A stretch of DNA of 64,000 bases, taken from an uncultured Sutterella sp. (lineage in GTDB: Bacteria > Pseudomonadota > Gammaproteobacteria > Burkholderiales > Burkholderiaceae_F). A program made the translations under genes and the position numbers. The notes beneath the pieces were generated by a model. It worked only from the letters and a program-made list of their open reading frames with translations. It searched no databases and was not told the origin of the DNA. This document shows positions 16,446 to 26,572 of the stretch, piece after piece (position 1 is the first letter of the stretch; every line of letters begins with the position of its first letter). Location of the stretch: NCBI GenBank assembly GCA_958347955.1, contig CATVXH010000007.1:9638-73637 (forward strand), given 5' to 3'.

Positions 16446-17726
16446 ATGTCTTTGCTTGAATGGTTGGCTGTAGTCGTCACGATTCTGACGGTTTATGCCT
16501 TAATTAAACGCTATGAAACGCGTTTGGTGCTTTTCACGGCGGGCTTTGTGCTTTGCTTAGTCTCCATGGATCCGCTCAGCGCGTTGAATTCGTTTGCTAA
16601 GTCCATGACTAACAATTCGTTGGTGATGGCCATCTGCTCGTCAATGGGTTTTGCTTTTATCGCTAATTACACCCAATGCGACCGCAGTCTTGTTCATTAT
16701 TTAGCAGCCCCGATCCGTGGTTTAGGTGTGTTCCTGATCCCGATCTGCACGGCCGTAACCTTCTTCATTAACATTGCTATTCCGTCAGCTGCCGGTTGTG
16801 CCGCTGCCGTGGGTTCCACGTTGATTCCGGTGATGTTGCGCGCCGGCATTAAGCCTGCCGCCGCCGCGGCCGCCGTGATGGGCGGTACGATTGGTTCATT
16901 CCTCTCTCCGGGCACCTCCCACAACGCGTTCGTGGCTGCCATGGCCCAGATTGAAGTGATGGATTTCATCGCTTTCCACGCTGTGTGGTCCATTATTTCC
17001 GCCTCCATCGTCGTTGTCGGCATCCTGCTCGTCTGCCTGGTTTTGGGTGACCACAAGGGTAGCAAGAACGACCATGCCCAAGCCGCTGTTCAAACGGCCG
17101 ATGACGGCTTCAAGCCCAGTGTTCTTAAGGCTATCATGACGCTCATCCCGATCACGATCCTCGTTGTCGGTAACGTTTGGGTTCCCGCCATCAAGATGGG
17201 TGTGGCCCAGGCCATGGTTTTGGGCGCCGTCATTACTTTGGTGGTGGCTTACGCCATGGACCGTACCAATCCTCAAGAATTCTCCAAGAAATTCTTCAAT
17301 GGTATGGGTAAAGGCTACGCTGATGTGATGGGTATCATCATTGCCGCCGGTGTTTTCGCCGCCGGTTTGCGCGCCACGGGTTTGATCGACACGTTTGTGG
17401 ACGTTTTGAAGCACTCCAATGACATCGCTCGTTGGGGCGGCTCTCTCGGTCCGTGGATCATGGGTACGATCACCGGTTCCGGTGACGCCGCGACGATGGC
17501 CTTTAATGAAGCCGTCACGCCGCACGCTCCTGAATTCGGCATGGAAGTCAAAGCTCTGGGTGCCTTGGCCTTCTTGACCGGCGCTTTGGGCCGTACGATG
17601 AGCCCGATTGCAGGCGCCATGGTTGTTGTGGCCGGTATCGCCATGGCTAACCCGATGGACGTTGTCAAACGCACGGCCCCGGCTTGCACGGTCGCTGTCT
17701 TTGTGTTGGCCTTGTTCATGGTCTAG
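16446..17726 (+). CDS. dcuC: Anaerobic C4-dicarboxylate carrier, DcuC family
   Basis: 426-aa polytopic protein. N-terminal LEWLAVVVTILTVYALIKRYETRLVLFTAGFVLC and overall layout match DcuC. Confidence 0.8.
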   Translation: MSLLEWLAVVVTILTVYALIKRYETRLVLFTAGFVLCLVSMDPLSALNSFAKSMTNNSLVMAICSSMGFAFIANYTQCDRSLVHYLAAPIRGLGVFLIPICTAVTFFINIAIPSAAGCAAAVGSTLIPVMLRAGIKPAAAAAAVMGGTIGSFLSPGTSHNAFVAAMAQIEVMDFIAFHAVWSIISASIVVVGILLVCLVLGDHKGSKNDHAQAAVQTADDGFKPSVLKAIMTLIPITILVVGNVWVPAIKMGVAQAMVLGAVITLVVAYAMDRTNPQEFSKKFFNGMGKGYADVMGIIIAAGVFAAGLRATGLIDTFVDVLKHSNDIARWGGSLGPWIMGTITGSGDAATMAFNEAVTPHAPEFGMEVKALGALAFLTGALGRTMSPIAGAMVVVAGIAMANPMDVVKRTAPACTVAVFVLALFMV

Positions 17727-17759
17727 TCTGAACGACAGAGCTTAACCAAGTTCAAAAAA

Positions 17760-17786
17760 GGGAAGATTCAGTTCTTCCCTTTTTTT
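17760..17786 (+). terminator. Rho-independent terminator after dcuC
   Basis: GGGAAG..CTTCCC stem followed by TTTTTTT. Confidence 0.7.
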
Positions 17787-17944
17787 GTCTCTAATGGTCC
17801 GACCTTAAAAAAAACTATCCCCTTTTTATCCGCTTCCCCTGCCAAAACAGGGAGTATGCGCCCCAGGAAGAATCCAAAGTCCAAAAATCAATCCGCGGCG
17901 GCAGTTAATCATTGGCTACGAGCTTCGTCAGATTACGACGACAC

Positions 17945-17982
17945 AAAAATATCCCCATAAAACAATCGCTTATTTTATGGGG
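17945..17982 (-). terminator. Terminator after ansB
   Basis: On the minus strand, CCCCATAAAA..TTTTATGGGG (10-bp stem) is followed by ATATTTTT. Confidence 0.6.
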
Positions 17983-18040
17983 ACTTGCAATGCATGTTGT
18001 TATTACAACACGCTACAACGGACTAACCTTTCGGGCTATC

Positions 18041-19096
18041 TTAGTAGACTCTGAACATTTCCTGAATCTTCTTAGGATCGCTCGTCTTCGTCAAAGCCAA
18101 TTGCAGGAGCAAGCGGGCTTTTTGCGGATTGAGCGAGTAGCTCACAAGGAAGCCGTTTTCAGCGTAGTTGGCGGGACCTTCAGGGGTCACGATACCGCTG
18201 CCCGTGCGGCTCGAGCGAACCACTACCACCCCCTTCTTCACGGCGTTAGCCATGCCAACTTCAGCGTCTTTGTGCATAGAGCCGTTGCCGGTACCGGCGA
18301 TGACAATGCCCTTGGCGCCTGCCTTCACGGCCGCGTCAACCAAGACAGAGTCTTCGCTCGCGTGAGAGTAAATAATGTCCACACGAGGCAACTTATCAAG
18401 CTTGCTGACATCGAATTCCGTTTCATGCGTGTGCTTCATCGTCGTGTCACGCAAGAAGTAGTTATGACCGCCGGCGATGTAGCCCAACAATCCCAGAGAC
18501 GGAGCCTGGAAGGTATCGACGTTAGTCGTGTTGGTCTTTGTGCCGTCACGGGCGGAGTTGATTTGGTCGTTTAATGCAATCAACACACCGCGGTCTTGAG
18601 CCTGCGGATCAGCGGCAAGCTTCACGGCATTTAAAAGATTCATCGGACCATCGGCGGAGATAGCCGTGGCCGGACGCATGGCGCCCACGAGCACCACCGG
18701 TTTCTTGCTCTTAACCGTCAGATTAAGGAAGTAAGCGGTTTCTTCCAACGTGTCGGTGCCGTGCGTGATCACGATACCGCTGATCTTCGGATCGGCCAAC
18801 AATTCGTTGCAACGCTTGGCCAGCTTCAGAAGGACTTCATCACTCATGTTGTTGGAGCTGATCTTGGCGATTTGTTCGCCGGAGACATTGGCGAAGTCTT
18901 TAATAGCGGGCACAGCGTCGATTAACGTTTGAATGGCGAGATCGCCGGCCTTATAGCCCGTCACTTGTGTGGCGGAACCGGCGGTGCCGGCAATCGTGCC
19001 GCCTGTGGCGAGAATCGACACATTGGGCAAATCGGCCGCAAAAGCGCTACCGGCCATGGACAAGCCCAGAGCGGCCGCAAGCAAAGTTTTTTTCAT
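18041..19096 (-). CDS. ansB: Periplasmic L-asparaginase II
   Basis: Signal peptide, then LPNVSILATGGTIAG and VITHGTDTLEETAYFL catalytic motifs. 351 aa. Confidence 0.9.
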   Translation of the reverse strand: MKKTLLAAALGLSMAGSAFAADLPNVSILATGGTIAGTAGSATQVTGYKAGDLAIQTLIDAVPAIKDFANVSGEQIAKISSNNMSDEVLLKLAKRCNELLADPKISGIVITHGTDTLEETAYFLNLTVKSKKPVVLVGAMRPATAISADGPMNLLNAVKLAADPQAQDRGVLIALNDQINSARDGTKTNTTNVDTFQAPSLGLLGYIAGGHNYFLRDTTMKHTHETEFDVSKLDKLPRVDIIYSHASEDSVLVDAAVKAGAKGIVIAGTGNGSMHKDAEVGMANAVKKGVVVVRSSRTGSGIVTPEGPANYAENGFLVSYSLNPQKARLLLQLALTKTSDPKKIQEMFRVY

Positions 19097-19288
19097 GTCA
19101 ATAACTCCTCAATTTAGAGTTGATGGGGAAGAGAACAAATAATCATTCATTTTATATTCTCTAAGAACTTTAGCTTAGAAGCAAGATGGGAAAAGTCCCT
19201 AACTTTTAAATTCATTGACAATGAGCTATTTAGTTTCGAAAAGTTACCTGAAAAATTTTCTCAATCAAAAAAGTGATTTTTTCAGAAC

Positions 19289-21676
19289 TTAGAAAGCGTA
19301 ACGGACTAAAACATTTCCGGTCACACCCTCTCGATCGCCCACATAACCTTTGGCACTGACGTCCATGCTCCAACGACTGTTTAAGCTGGGCTTCATTGTC
19401 ACCCCCACTTCCATAATGCCGGTGTCTCCTTCAAGACTCGGCACTTCAAGGTTAAGGCTGTTGACCGCGCTTTGAGCGTCGCCATCGAATACATGTTCAT
19501 AAGCCACACCGACTTTCCACCCGGCGTACGGGCAGAATGCACCGGTTAGGCGGCCTCCGACACGCAGTGCGTGCGTCATTGTGGAATCCATGTCTAGCTT
19601 GTCGTCATACTTGTTATGGAGACTGACATCATCTCCATCTAAATACGTGATCAAATAACGACCGTACACGTCTAAATCAACAGCATCGGTAATGTTAATC
19701 ACGTAACCGGTCCCGGCATGGGCGCTGACATAGAAAGCGTCCGATTCATATTTTGCAGAGTCCCCGGCGTATAGACCGGTGAATTCAGTTGAAGCGTGAC
19801 CGACGCGCAAAGATCCGTCTAGGTACCAAGCGTTATTGACCATGTAACGCGTGGCTAAACCGATGCCGTAGTAGTCATGATCGCCTTTGCCTTTCGTGCC
19901 ATTGACATGACTGTCGCTATCGGCCCAGCCAGCTTCGACAAAGCCGCCTATGATCCAATCGGGAGTAACTTTTATAGAAGCGCCAGTGGCGAGAGTGTAG
20001 CCATCCACATCCACACGAGAACCTGTTTTGTAGTTGGACGATCCCCCATGAACAGCGCCGAAAGCGGAAACCTCGCCGACTTTGGCGCTCTCAACCATCG
20101 CCGACAAACCCTCATCGGCAATAAATTCAGCGCCTTGATTGATAAAGGCCACTGTGCCCAAAAGCGATTCGGAAAGTGTTTTGGAGTTCTCTGTCACTGT
20201 TATCACAGGGTCACCGCCAACGGGCGAATCGGGATTATCTCCCGGATTTTCAGGATCCGGAGAGATGTCAACGACAGAAGCTTTTCCATCTTCCCAACTT
20301 TTCGTATCATCCCACGTTAAAGCCTGATCCGATCCTATCGTGAGTTCATTGAAGGTTTTACTTTCCCGATAAAAGGTCGACTCTTTTCCGATCGTTAAAT
20401 TATTAAACGTTAAAGTGGATTCGCCGGAAGTGGCCAATAGGTAATAAGCAGCCCCAGGATCGGCTGAATCATTGACGAAAATGCTTTTATTGTCTTGTTG
20501 AGAGTACGTATTGGTATTATCCGTTACAGTGATAACGGCGTTGCTTGAGCTTGTATTAGTTTTGTCGACATTGAGCACCAGCTGGGCATAACCGGCAAGC
20601 GCCCCGACTTTATTGACCCCCGATGCTATTAATTTCCCATAATTGGCTACGGGGTGATACTGTGATGGATCTAAATTTGTACGAAGAGCGTAAACACTGA
20701 GATAGCCGGAAATTTCAGAATCGGCAATACTTAACACATTGGAGTTATTTGAAGTCGTCTCAATAAATTGGTTAATGTCTTGCTGATTAGTTAAAGGCAA
20801 ATATACGTTGATAAGCGCAATATCACCCTCAATGTCCGATTCTGTAATACTCATTGAATTATTGTAGAAAAAATTCTTTTCTTCTGCGGGGAAACTACTT
20901 ACCGTTAAATCAATGCCATAAACTCTGCCGGATCCCGTAAAACTTACCTTGTTTAATGTGATTTCGTTGTTTTCAAATTGTCCGTAGAAATATTGAGATT
21001 TCATCCCCGTAAAAGCAGTAATTAAAACGTCTTGTACATGGATGGAGTTCGTATTAAATCTGCCTGCAGCAATACTGAATCCACTGATGGAATCATAAGC
21101 ACCGCCCTCAATGCATAAAGTGTTACGGCTAAATTCTTGATTAATTTGACCCTCAAAACGATCATTAGTGTAATCTGAAGGGTAAACTGCTATGCCTACA
21201 AGACTAATCGATTCAGATGCCCCTCCCTTTGATGAATTTTTAATGACTATGAAATTGTTATCGGCTACATTGTTCGGAGAGGTTCCGTATACATAAATAC
21301 CTTGAATCGATACAATTTTGCTCAAATCTGCATCTTGAAGATCAAATGTCAGATTATTGTTGCTGACAGTGGCGACATCGTTTTCTCCCCTGTACAAAAT
21401 TAAGCCATAAATCCTGGCAGGAGAAAGCTCAGAATGCCCATTTTGAAATTCTGCGAAACTAAGGATGGAATTATGATTGTTCAGAGCATTGTGATCATTC
21501 GATAAGTAAAGGACATTTTCGGCATCATTGTATTTGCCTGTTTGAATACTGTCTGCATAATACCAATCTTCAGTAGAGGCCACAGCAGGTTCCGACCAGC
21601 CATTCAAAGAAAAAGCTGCCAGCACTGCGCTAAAAACCGCCCGTTTACAAAACTTCGTTGGTAATAAAACTTTCAT
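19289..21676 (-). CDS. Autotransporter outer-membrane protein (passenger plus beta-barrel)
   Basis: AAGGAA precedes ATG 21676. Signal peptide present. Asn/Ser/Ile-rich repetitive passenger. C-terminal barrel ends in VLVRYAF. Confidence 0.8.
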   Translation of the reverse strand: MKVLLPTKFCKRAVFSAVLAAFSLNGWSEPAVASTEDWYYADSIQTGKYNDAENVLYLSNDHNALNNHNSILSFAEFQNGHSELSPARIYGLILYRGENDVATVSNNNLTFDLQDADLSKIVSIQGIYVYGTSPNNVADNNFIVIKNSSKGGASESISLVGIAVYPSDYTNDRFEGQINQEFSRNTLCIEGGAYDSISGFSIAAGRFNTNSIHVQDVLITAFTGMKSQYFYGQFENNEITLNKVSFTGSGRVYGIDLTVSSFPAEEKNFFYNNSMSITESDIEGDIALINVYLPLTNQQDINQFIETTSNNSNVLSIADSEISGYLSVYALRTNLDPSQYHPVANYGKLIASGVNKVGALAGYAQLVLNVDKTNTSSSNAVITVTDNTNTYSQQDNKSIFVNDSADPGAAYYLLATSGESTLTFNNLTIGKESTFYRESKTFNELTIGSDQALTWDDTKSWEDGKASVVDISPDPENPGDNPDSPVGGDPVITVTENSKTLSESLLGTVAFINQGAEFIADEGLSAMVESAKVGEVSAFGAVHGGSSNYKTGSRVDVDGYTLATGASIKVTPDWIIGGFVEAGWADSDSHVNGTKGKGDHDYYGIGLATRYMVNNAWYLDGSLRVGHASTEFTGLYAGDSAKYESDAFYVSAHAGTGYVINITDAVDLDVYGRYLITYLDGDDVSLHNKYDDKLDMDSTMTHALRVGGRLTGAFCPYAGWKVGVAYEHVFDGDAQSAVNSLNLEVPSLEGDTGIMEVGVTMKPSLNSRWSMDVSAKGYVGDREGVTGNVLVRYAF

Positions 21677-21911
21677 TTTCTTTTCCTTAGTAAGTGTTGG
21701 CAACAAAAGGTGTTGGGAGAATTTTTAAATTAAAGACAAGGAAATGATCTCTTTCCATGATCTAAGGGAGCCTGACATTATTGTAGATCTTTAGGTTAAC
21801 CGCAAGTATCGTGAAATTGGCGCCGTAAAGAAAATGGGTGAGGAAAACAGGAATCGCAACCGCAATTGGAATGGAGGTAGCCGAAGACTTCTGAAGCGAA
21901 GAGCTAAAAAA

Positions 21912-22826
21912 TTAGGCTTCATTCTTGGAACGATGATTGCCGAGCACATAGAAAATGACGGCGCCGGCGATAAAGCTTAGCGCGGTCAATTCGGTTACGG
22001 TCACGGGTTCTTTAAAATAAAAGACACCTAAAAGAAAGGTAGTGATGGGACAGGTGTACTGGATAATGCCCAAAATAGTCATCGGTATGCGTTGGGCGGC
22101 CAAGGAAAACAAAATCATCGGCACAGAGGTCACAATGCCTGTTCCCATGAGTATCCAACTGACGCCGTCATCAAAACCGCTCGTAAAGTGTTGAATAAAA
22201 ACGCCATTGAAACTCAACAGGTAGATAATGGCGGGCACACTCATCAAGACGTGCTCAATGCCGACGCTTTTTAAGGGCTCAATGACGATTTTCTTTTTCA
22301 GCGCGCCATAAATTGCCCAAGTGGAAGACACAAGCACCGCAAACCAGGGAAAACGATCAAGACCGGTGATAAGAACCGCGACGCCGATGATTGCCAGCGC
22401 GATAGCGGCGATCCGGATCTTTGAAAGCCGCTCGGAAAAAAAGACAACGCCGATGGCCATCGTGGCCAGCGGTGTCAGAAATGTGCCGAGGCTCAACTCC
22501 ACCACCCGACCGACACTGACGCCAAGGATGTTCACGAGCCAATTGGCCGAAGCGAAAAATGTCGCCAGAAGCAACAACACCGTGTGATTTTGTCTCGGCG
22601 CGAAACAGAGATCTTTCAGCAACCGGAGAGTTTCGCCGAGCTTTCTTTTGACAATCAGCAGCCCCACGACAAAAACAAGCGACCATACAATTCGGTGCGA
22701 AAGAACCTCCACGCTGTCCACATCGGCCAATAAGGCCCAGTAAAGCGTGATTGTTCCCCAGATGGTGTAGGCGCCGATAGCGCTTAAAATGCCGATTTTA
22801 TCGGTCTCATTCTTTGAACTTTGCAC
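21912..22826 (-). CDS. rarD: EamA/RarD-family permease
   Basis: 304 aa, ten helices. The N-terminus GILSAIGAYTIWGTITLYW is typical of RarD. Confidence 0.7.
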   Translation of the reverse strand: MQSSKNETDKIGILSAIGAYTIWGTITLYWALLADVDSVEVLSHRIVWSLVFVVGLLIVKRKLGETLRLLKDLCFAPRQNHTVLLLLATFFASANWLVNILGVSVGRVVELSLGTFLTPLATMAIGVVFFSERLSKIRIAAIALAIIGVAVLITGLDRFPWFAVLVSSTWAIYGALKKKIVIEPLKSVGIEHVLMSVPAIIYLLSFNGVFIQHFTSGFDDGVSWILMGTGIVTSVPMILFSLAAQRIPMTILGIIQYTCPITTFLLGVFYFKEPVTVTELTALSFIAGAVIFYVLGNHRSKNEA

Positions 22827-22905
22827 GGTTTAAGTCTTTCTTTCAGAAGCTCTAAAGTGTACTACTCGGCAATGACGAAATCGATGGCGGCAGACCCGAT
22901 GAGAG

Positions 22906-22940
22906 AAAAAAAAGTCCGTCATGACAAACGCATAACGGAC
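22906..22940 (-). terminator. Rho-independent terminator after the ammonia-lyase gene
   Basis: On the minus strand, a GTCCGT..ACGGAC stem is followed by T8. Confidence 0.7.
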
Positions 22941-22972
22941 CTTCGGAATATTGACGAAGAATCGGTCAGGCC

Positions 22973-24178
22973 TTATTGACCGCTTGGGTATTGTCCGTCC
23001 CAAACCACCCGACGATACCCCTCCTTGTCAGTGTCGCCTTCGGTGGAAATGCAAAGCACGTTGGAGTGCTCATTAAGACCCAATTGCTCCTTTAATTCCC
23101 GCAGTTGGGGATTTCTCAGAACATCGGCAACAAAGCCAAAGCAGGAAGCCCCGCTTTCACCTGAAATGATTCTGGGGTCGCCTTGAAGCGGAGCGCCGAG
23201 AATGCGCATGCCGTCAGCGGCAACGAAGTCCGGCATTGAAACGAAAAAGTCTGCGCAATACTGAAGCAAATCCCAAGCCACCGTGCAGGGAATTCCGCAG
23301 CAGAGCCCCGCCATAATGGAGTGCAACTCACCCTCGTAGGCATGAATCTGTCCGTCATTGGCTTTGGCGGTGCGGTACAAGCAATCGGCGCCGTGAGGCT
23401 CGACAATCGTGATGATCGGTTTGTCTTTGCCGTAGTGTTGCGCCGCGAAAGCCGCGATGGCGGCCGCCATAGATCCGACGCCTGCTTGCAGGAACAAGTG
23501 AGTGGGGCGAATTTCTTTAAGTTGCTCAACAATTTCAAGGCCGAGCGTTAAATAACCCTGCATAATCCGGGTCGGGATGTCTTCGTAACCTTCCCAAGAC
23601 GTATCTTGCACCAAAACGCCATGAACTTCCCGGGCTTTACGGGCGGCCATTTGAACCGTTGTGTCGTACACATAGTCCGTAATTGAGGCATCGGCGCCGA
23701 GTTTGCGAATGTTTTCCAAGCGCTCCATCGCCGTGCCCTTTGGCATCAGAACAATGCTCTTGTGTCCCAAGGTTTTGGCGCTCCAGGCAACTCCCCGACC
23801 GTGATTGCCATCGGTGGCGGTCACAAAAGTCAATTCGCCCAATTGTTTTTTGGCTTGCGGTGAGGTAACCGCCTCAAAGGACAGTTTCTCCGGATCCAGT
23901 CCCAGGCGTTCTCCGATCAGCGTGGCCATGCAATAGGAGCTGCCGAGCGCCTTAAAGGCATTCAGTCCGAAACGGTAGCTTTCGTCTTTGACAAAAATAT
24001 TGGCCACGCCGAGATGGTTTGACAAAGAAGAAAGGGCGCGCAGAGGTGTTTGTTCGTACACAGGAAGCGTCCGATGGTAGGCCATCACCTCTTTGGCTTT
24101 TTCAGAACAAAAGGCGCCGGCGTATTTTGACTGTCCTTTTTTGTGTTCAAATTTTAAAAGATGAATGATTTTAGACAT
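22973..24178 (-). CDS. dpaL: Diaminopropionate ammonia-lyase (PLP-dependent)
   Basis: 401 aa with VKDESYRFGLNAFKALGSSY (PLP Lys) and TATDGNHGRGVAW. Matches the YgeX/DpaL family. Confidence 0.85.
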   Translation of the reverse strand: MSKIIHLLKFEHKKGQSKYAGAFCSEKAKEVMAYHRTLPVYEQTPLRALSSLSNHLGVANIFVKDESYRFGLNAFKALGSSYCMATLIGERLGLDPEKLSFEAVTSPQAKKQLGELTFVTATDGNHGRGVAWSAKTLGHKSIVLMPKGTAMERLENIRKLGADASITDYVYDTTVQMAARKAREVHGVLVQDTSWEGYEDIPTRIMQGYLTLGLEIVEQLKEIRPTHLFLQAGVGSMAAAIAAFAAQHYGKDKPIITIVEPHGADCLYRTAKANDGQIHAYEGELHSIMAGLCCGIPCTVAWDLLQYCADFFVSMPDFVAADGMRILGAPLQGDPRIISGESGASCFGFVADVLRNPQLRELKEQLGLNEHSNVLCISTEGDTDKEGYRRVVWDGQYPSGQ

Positions 24179-24623
24179 TTAAGACCTCAAAAAGATGGTG
24201 TTAGCCGTTAACCGAGCCATTGTATAAATGTATTGTTACAGGAAAATAACAAAATCAACGTAAAACTACTTTTAACTGACGACTCCGTTACGAAAAACCT
24301 AATCAATATTGATCAGATATAAGCAAAATACCTGGCCAACAGCTGGTTTCTCTTCCTTCATCATCGGGATGAGTTTCACTTCGAATCTCTCCGAAGCCAG
24401 AGCTCATCTCTCACCAAAACACCCTCTCGCGAGAGTCTTTCAGGCCTGCACAGGGTCTTGTCCCGAGTTTTCTCCCTTCTGCTCTGGGGCGACACAATGT
24501 CGCCGGCTAATTCTGAGATGATTCGGCTTAGCAGCCCGAGCAGTTTTCCGAATACATATTCTTATTTTTCTGTAGAATCAAGAAAAATAAAAATCCAATT
24601 TCAATTTTTACCAAAGCTTGTTT

Positions 24624-25799
24624 ATGTCAATCACTGCCCATATCGAAAGATCGCTCGAAAAAACTTTGCGTAAAGAACGTGAGACAAATCATTTATTTTT
24701 AATTGACGGAATGCCCATGACGGGAAAAACCACATTGGTAAAAGCGGTGTTTGCCGATTTGGCCTATGTGGATCTCAATGATCTTTACCCGAGAAATCTT
24801 GCGCACACGCAACCTAAGGATTTTTTTGCCGTGTACGGAAACCGCTTGGTGGTTGACGGCATAGAGAAAGCGCCCCGGCTGCTTGACTTTATTCCTGAAG
24901 ATGACAATTCGATGATTGTACTGTCAGGATATTTATCCGCCAAAGACAAGGAAAAGCTCAGAGACAAGGGAGGCGTTATCCGAACCGTAATGCCGATTTC
25001 GCAGAGAGAATATTCTGAAAGGGAAGCATCTCCTTTGGGTCTATCCCCTATCGCCTTGCGCATCAGTTACCCCCAACCGGGTTTCTTCGATATTCTCCGC
25101 AACGGATTTTTGCCTCGCAGTGATTTATCTCAGTCAACCGCGGCTTTTTATGAAAATTGGCTGGCTCGTTTTTTTGCCGAACATGTGCGCGACGTTCTCC
25201 GCGCCAATAAAGAGACACTCTTTTTTAGCTACATGAAGGTCTTGGCTCAGCACAATATGCAGGAGCTTAATCACTCGAAGTATGCCAAGGAAGCCGGCAT
25301 CAGCTATGCCACCGCAATTTACTGGACCGAATTTCTTGTTGACTGCGGGGTGCTTTTGGAAATCAGCTCTATGCAACTGTCGCAAAGGCGCCAGGTAAAG
25401 CGTTCCAAAATGACCTACGCCGACACTGGGCTGTTGGCTTTCCTTTTAGGATGCGCGAGCGCAGAAGAGCTTTTTGCGCACCCAACCTATGAGGGCGTTT
25501 TCACAGGATTTGTCGCTTCCGAAATTATCAAAAATTATGCGGCGGTGGGGCAGACTGCTCCCCTTGTCTATTACAGGGATACGGCGCACAAACATGTTGA
25601 ATTGGTTTTGCAGACACCCAAAGGGTGGCTTCCGATCGCTTTTTTGAGTCGCAAGGCCCGTTCAGTTAAAGAAAGTATCCGGCACGTGGATGTGCTTATT
25701 AAAATAGGCGGCGACACACAAGACATTTTGTTTGTCTCAGACGGCACCTTAACCGTTGAGTCCACTTCTTACCCTGTACTTTCCGCTACGGCGCTTTAG
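24624..25799 (+). CDS. AAA-type ATPase with DUF4143-like C-terminal domain (COG1373-like)
   Basis: P-loop GMPMTGKTTLVK. The C-terminal part has the layout of AAA_14/DUF4143 proteins (recalled). The first ATG is at 24624. Confidence 0.65.
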   Translation: MSITAHIERSLEKTLRKERETNHLFLIDGMPMTGKTTLVKAVFADLAYVDLNDLYPRNLAHTQPKDFFAVYGNRLVVDGIEKAPRLLDFIPEDDNSMIVLSGYLSAKDKEKLRDKGGVIRTVMPISQREYSEREASPLGLSPIALRISYPQPGFFDILRNGFLPRSDLSQSTAAFYENWLARFFAEHVRDVLRANKETLFFSYMKVLAQHNMQELNHSKYAKEAGISYATAIYWTEFLVDCGVLLEISSMQLSQRRQVKRSKMTYADTGLLAFLLGCASAEELFAHPTYEGVFTGFVASEIIKNYAAVGQTAPLVYYRDTAHKHVELVLQTPKGWLPIAFLSRKARSVKESIRHVDVLIKIGGDTQDILFVSDGTLTVESTSYPVLSATAL

Positions 25800-25834
25800 T
25801 CGGTACAATGCGCACTATTGAAAAGGAAAACGAC

Positions 25835-26242
25835 ATGCGTACTTTAACAATATTGGCTACAGTGACTTTGGCCGGCACGATTTTAACCGGTTGCGTCAAT
25901 ATGCAGAAATATGAAGAGCAACGCTCGTTGAAGCAGCTTGACTCCTCAACCTATGAACTTGAGTTGCTACAACCGTGGGTTGATCAAGAGGTCATCGTGC
26001 GTGACAACGCAAGACTTCAGGCAATCGATGTGTGCGGAGAGACAAAGCGCGGCATGCAACCCTTGCAGGCGATCTCCCGTTCCTCCCGTCAGACAGGCAA
26101 TGGCGCCTACGTCAAGTACACATTCCGTTGCGTTGGTTTGATGGACGCACCCAAACGTGAATACCATCGTTTAGGCTTTTATACGGATGAAGAATCCAAA
26201 GAAGAAGCCACGAAGCGTTATCGTGATGAATACGGCTTCTAA
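25835..26242 (+). CDS. Small lipoprotein of unknown function
   Basis: AAGGAAAA precedes ATG 25835. Lipobox MRTLTILATVTLAGTILTGC. Confidence 0.5.
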   Translation: MRTLTILATVTLAGTILTGCVNMQKYEEQRSLKQLDSSTYELELLQPWVDQEVIVRDNARLQAIDVCGETKRGMQPLQAISRSSRQTGNGAYVKYTFRCVGLMDAPKREYHRLGFYTDEESKEEATKRYRDEYGF

Positions 26243-26283
26243 ATTCAAAGTTGAACGATAAAGCCACTCGACAATTTAAGAAT

Positions 26284-26315
26284 GGGGGTTAATTAAAAGT
26301 TAACCCCCTATTTTG
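26284..26315 (+). terminator. Rho-independent terminator
   Basis: GGGGGTTAA..TTAACCCCC stem followed by TATTTTG. Confidence 0.65.
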
Positions 26316-26572
26316 ATATTTTCCTCAAATTCTCAAAGAAACAAGAAGTTGCCAAAGGTTAGCCGGTAGCAACCAATTTCTCTAAGCGACAAAGACGCGA
26401 TGTGGAATTTCTTGACATTTAATGCATCGCTTTAAATCCATATTCAACAAGCACACGACTGTCTCTAAATAAAGGGAAAGGCACCGATCGTTAAAATCAG
26501 TGCCTTTAGCGACAGTTAGCTCAACCGTCTAAAACCTTTCTCTCAAAAGAGCGGCTTAAACGGCCTTTCAGC

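Noticed and set aside
16896-17525. 209-aa ORF (and the 122- and 134-aa ORFs nearby) on the minus strand
   Set aside because: Antisense to the DcuC carrier gene, with Gly/Asp/His-rich low-complexity products.
17912-18574. 220-aa ORF on the plus strand
   Set aside because: Antisense to ansB, which has its catalytic motifs and signal peptide.
19255-19275. CRP/FNR-like half-sites (AATCA-N6-TGATT, GTGA-N6-CAGA) upstream of ansB
   Set aside because: They match the TGTGA-N6-TCACA and TTGAT-N4-ATCAA consensus sequences poorly and lie ~160-180 nt from the ATG, so they cannot be told apart from chance in AT-rich DNA.
24309-24673. Two 70-71-aa ORFs in the dpaL upstream interval
   Set aside because: They have no ribosome-binding site and Ser/Pro/Cys-rich products without motifs. 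The region is better treated as non-coding, as in the finding on the dpaL leader.
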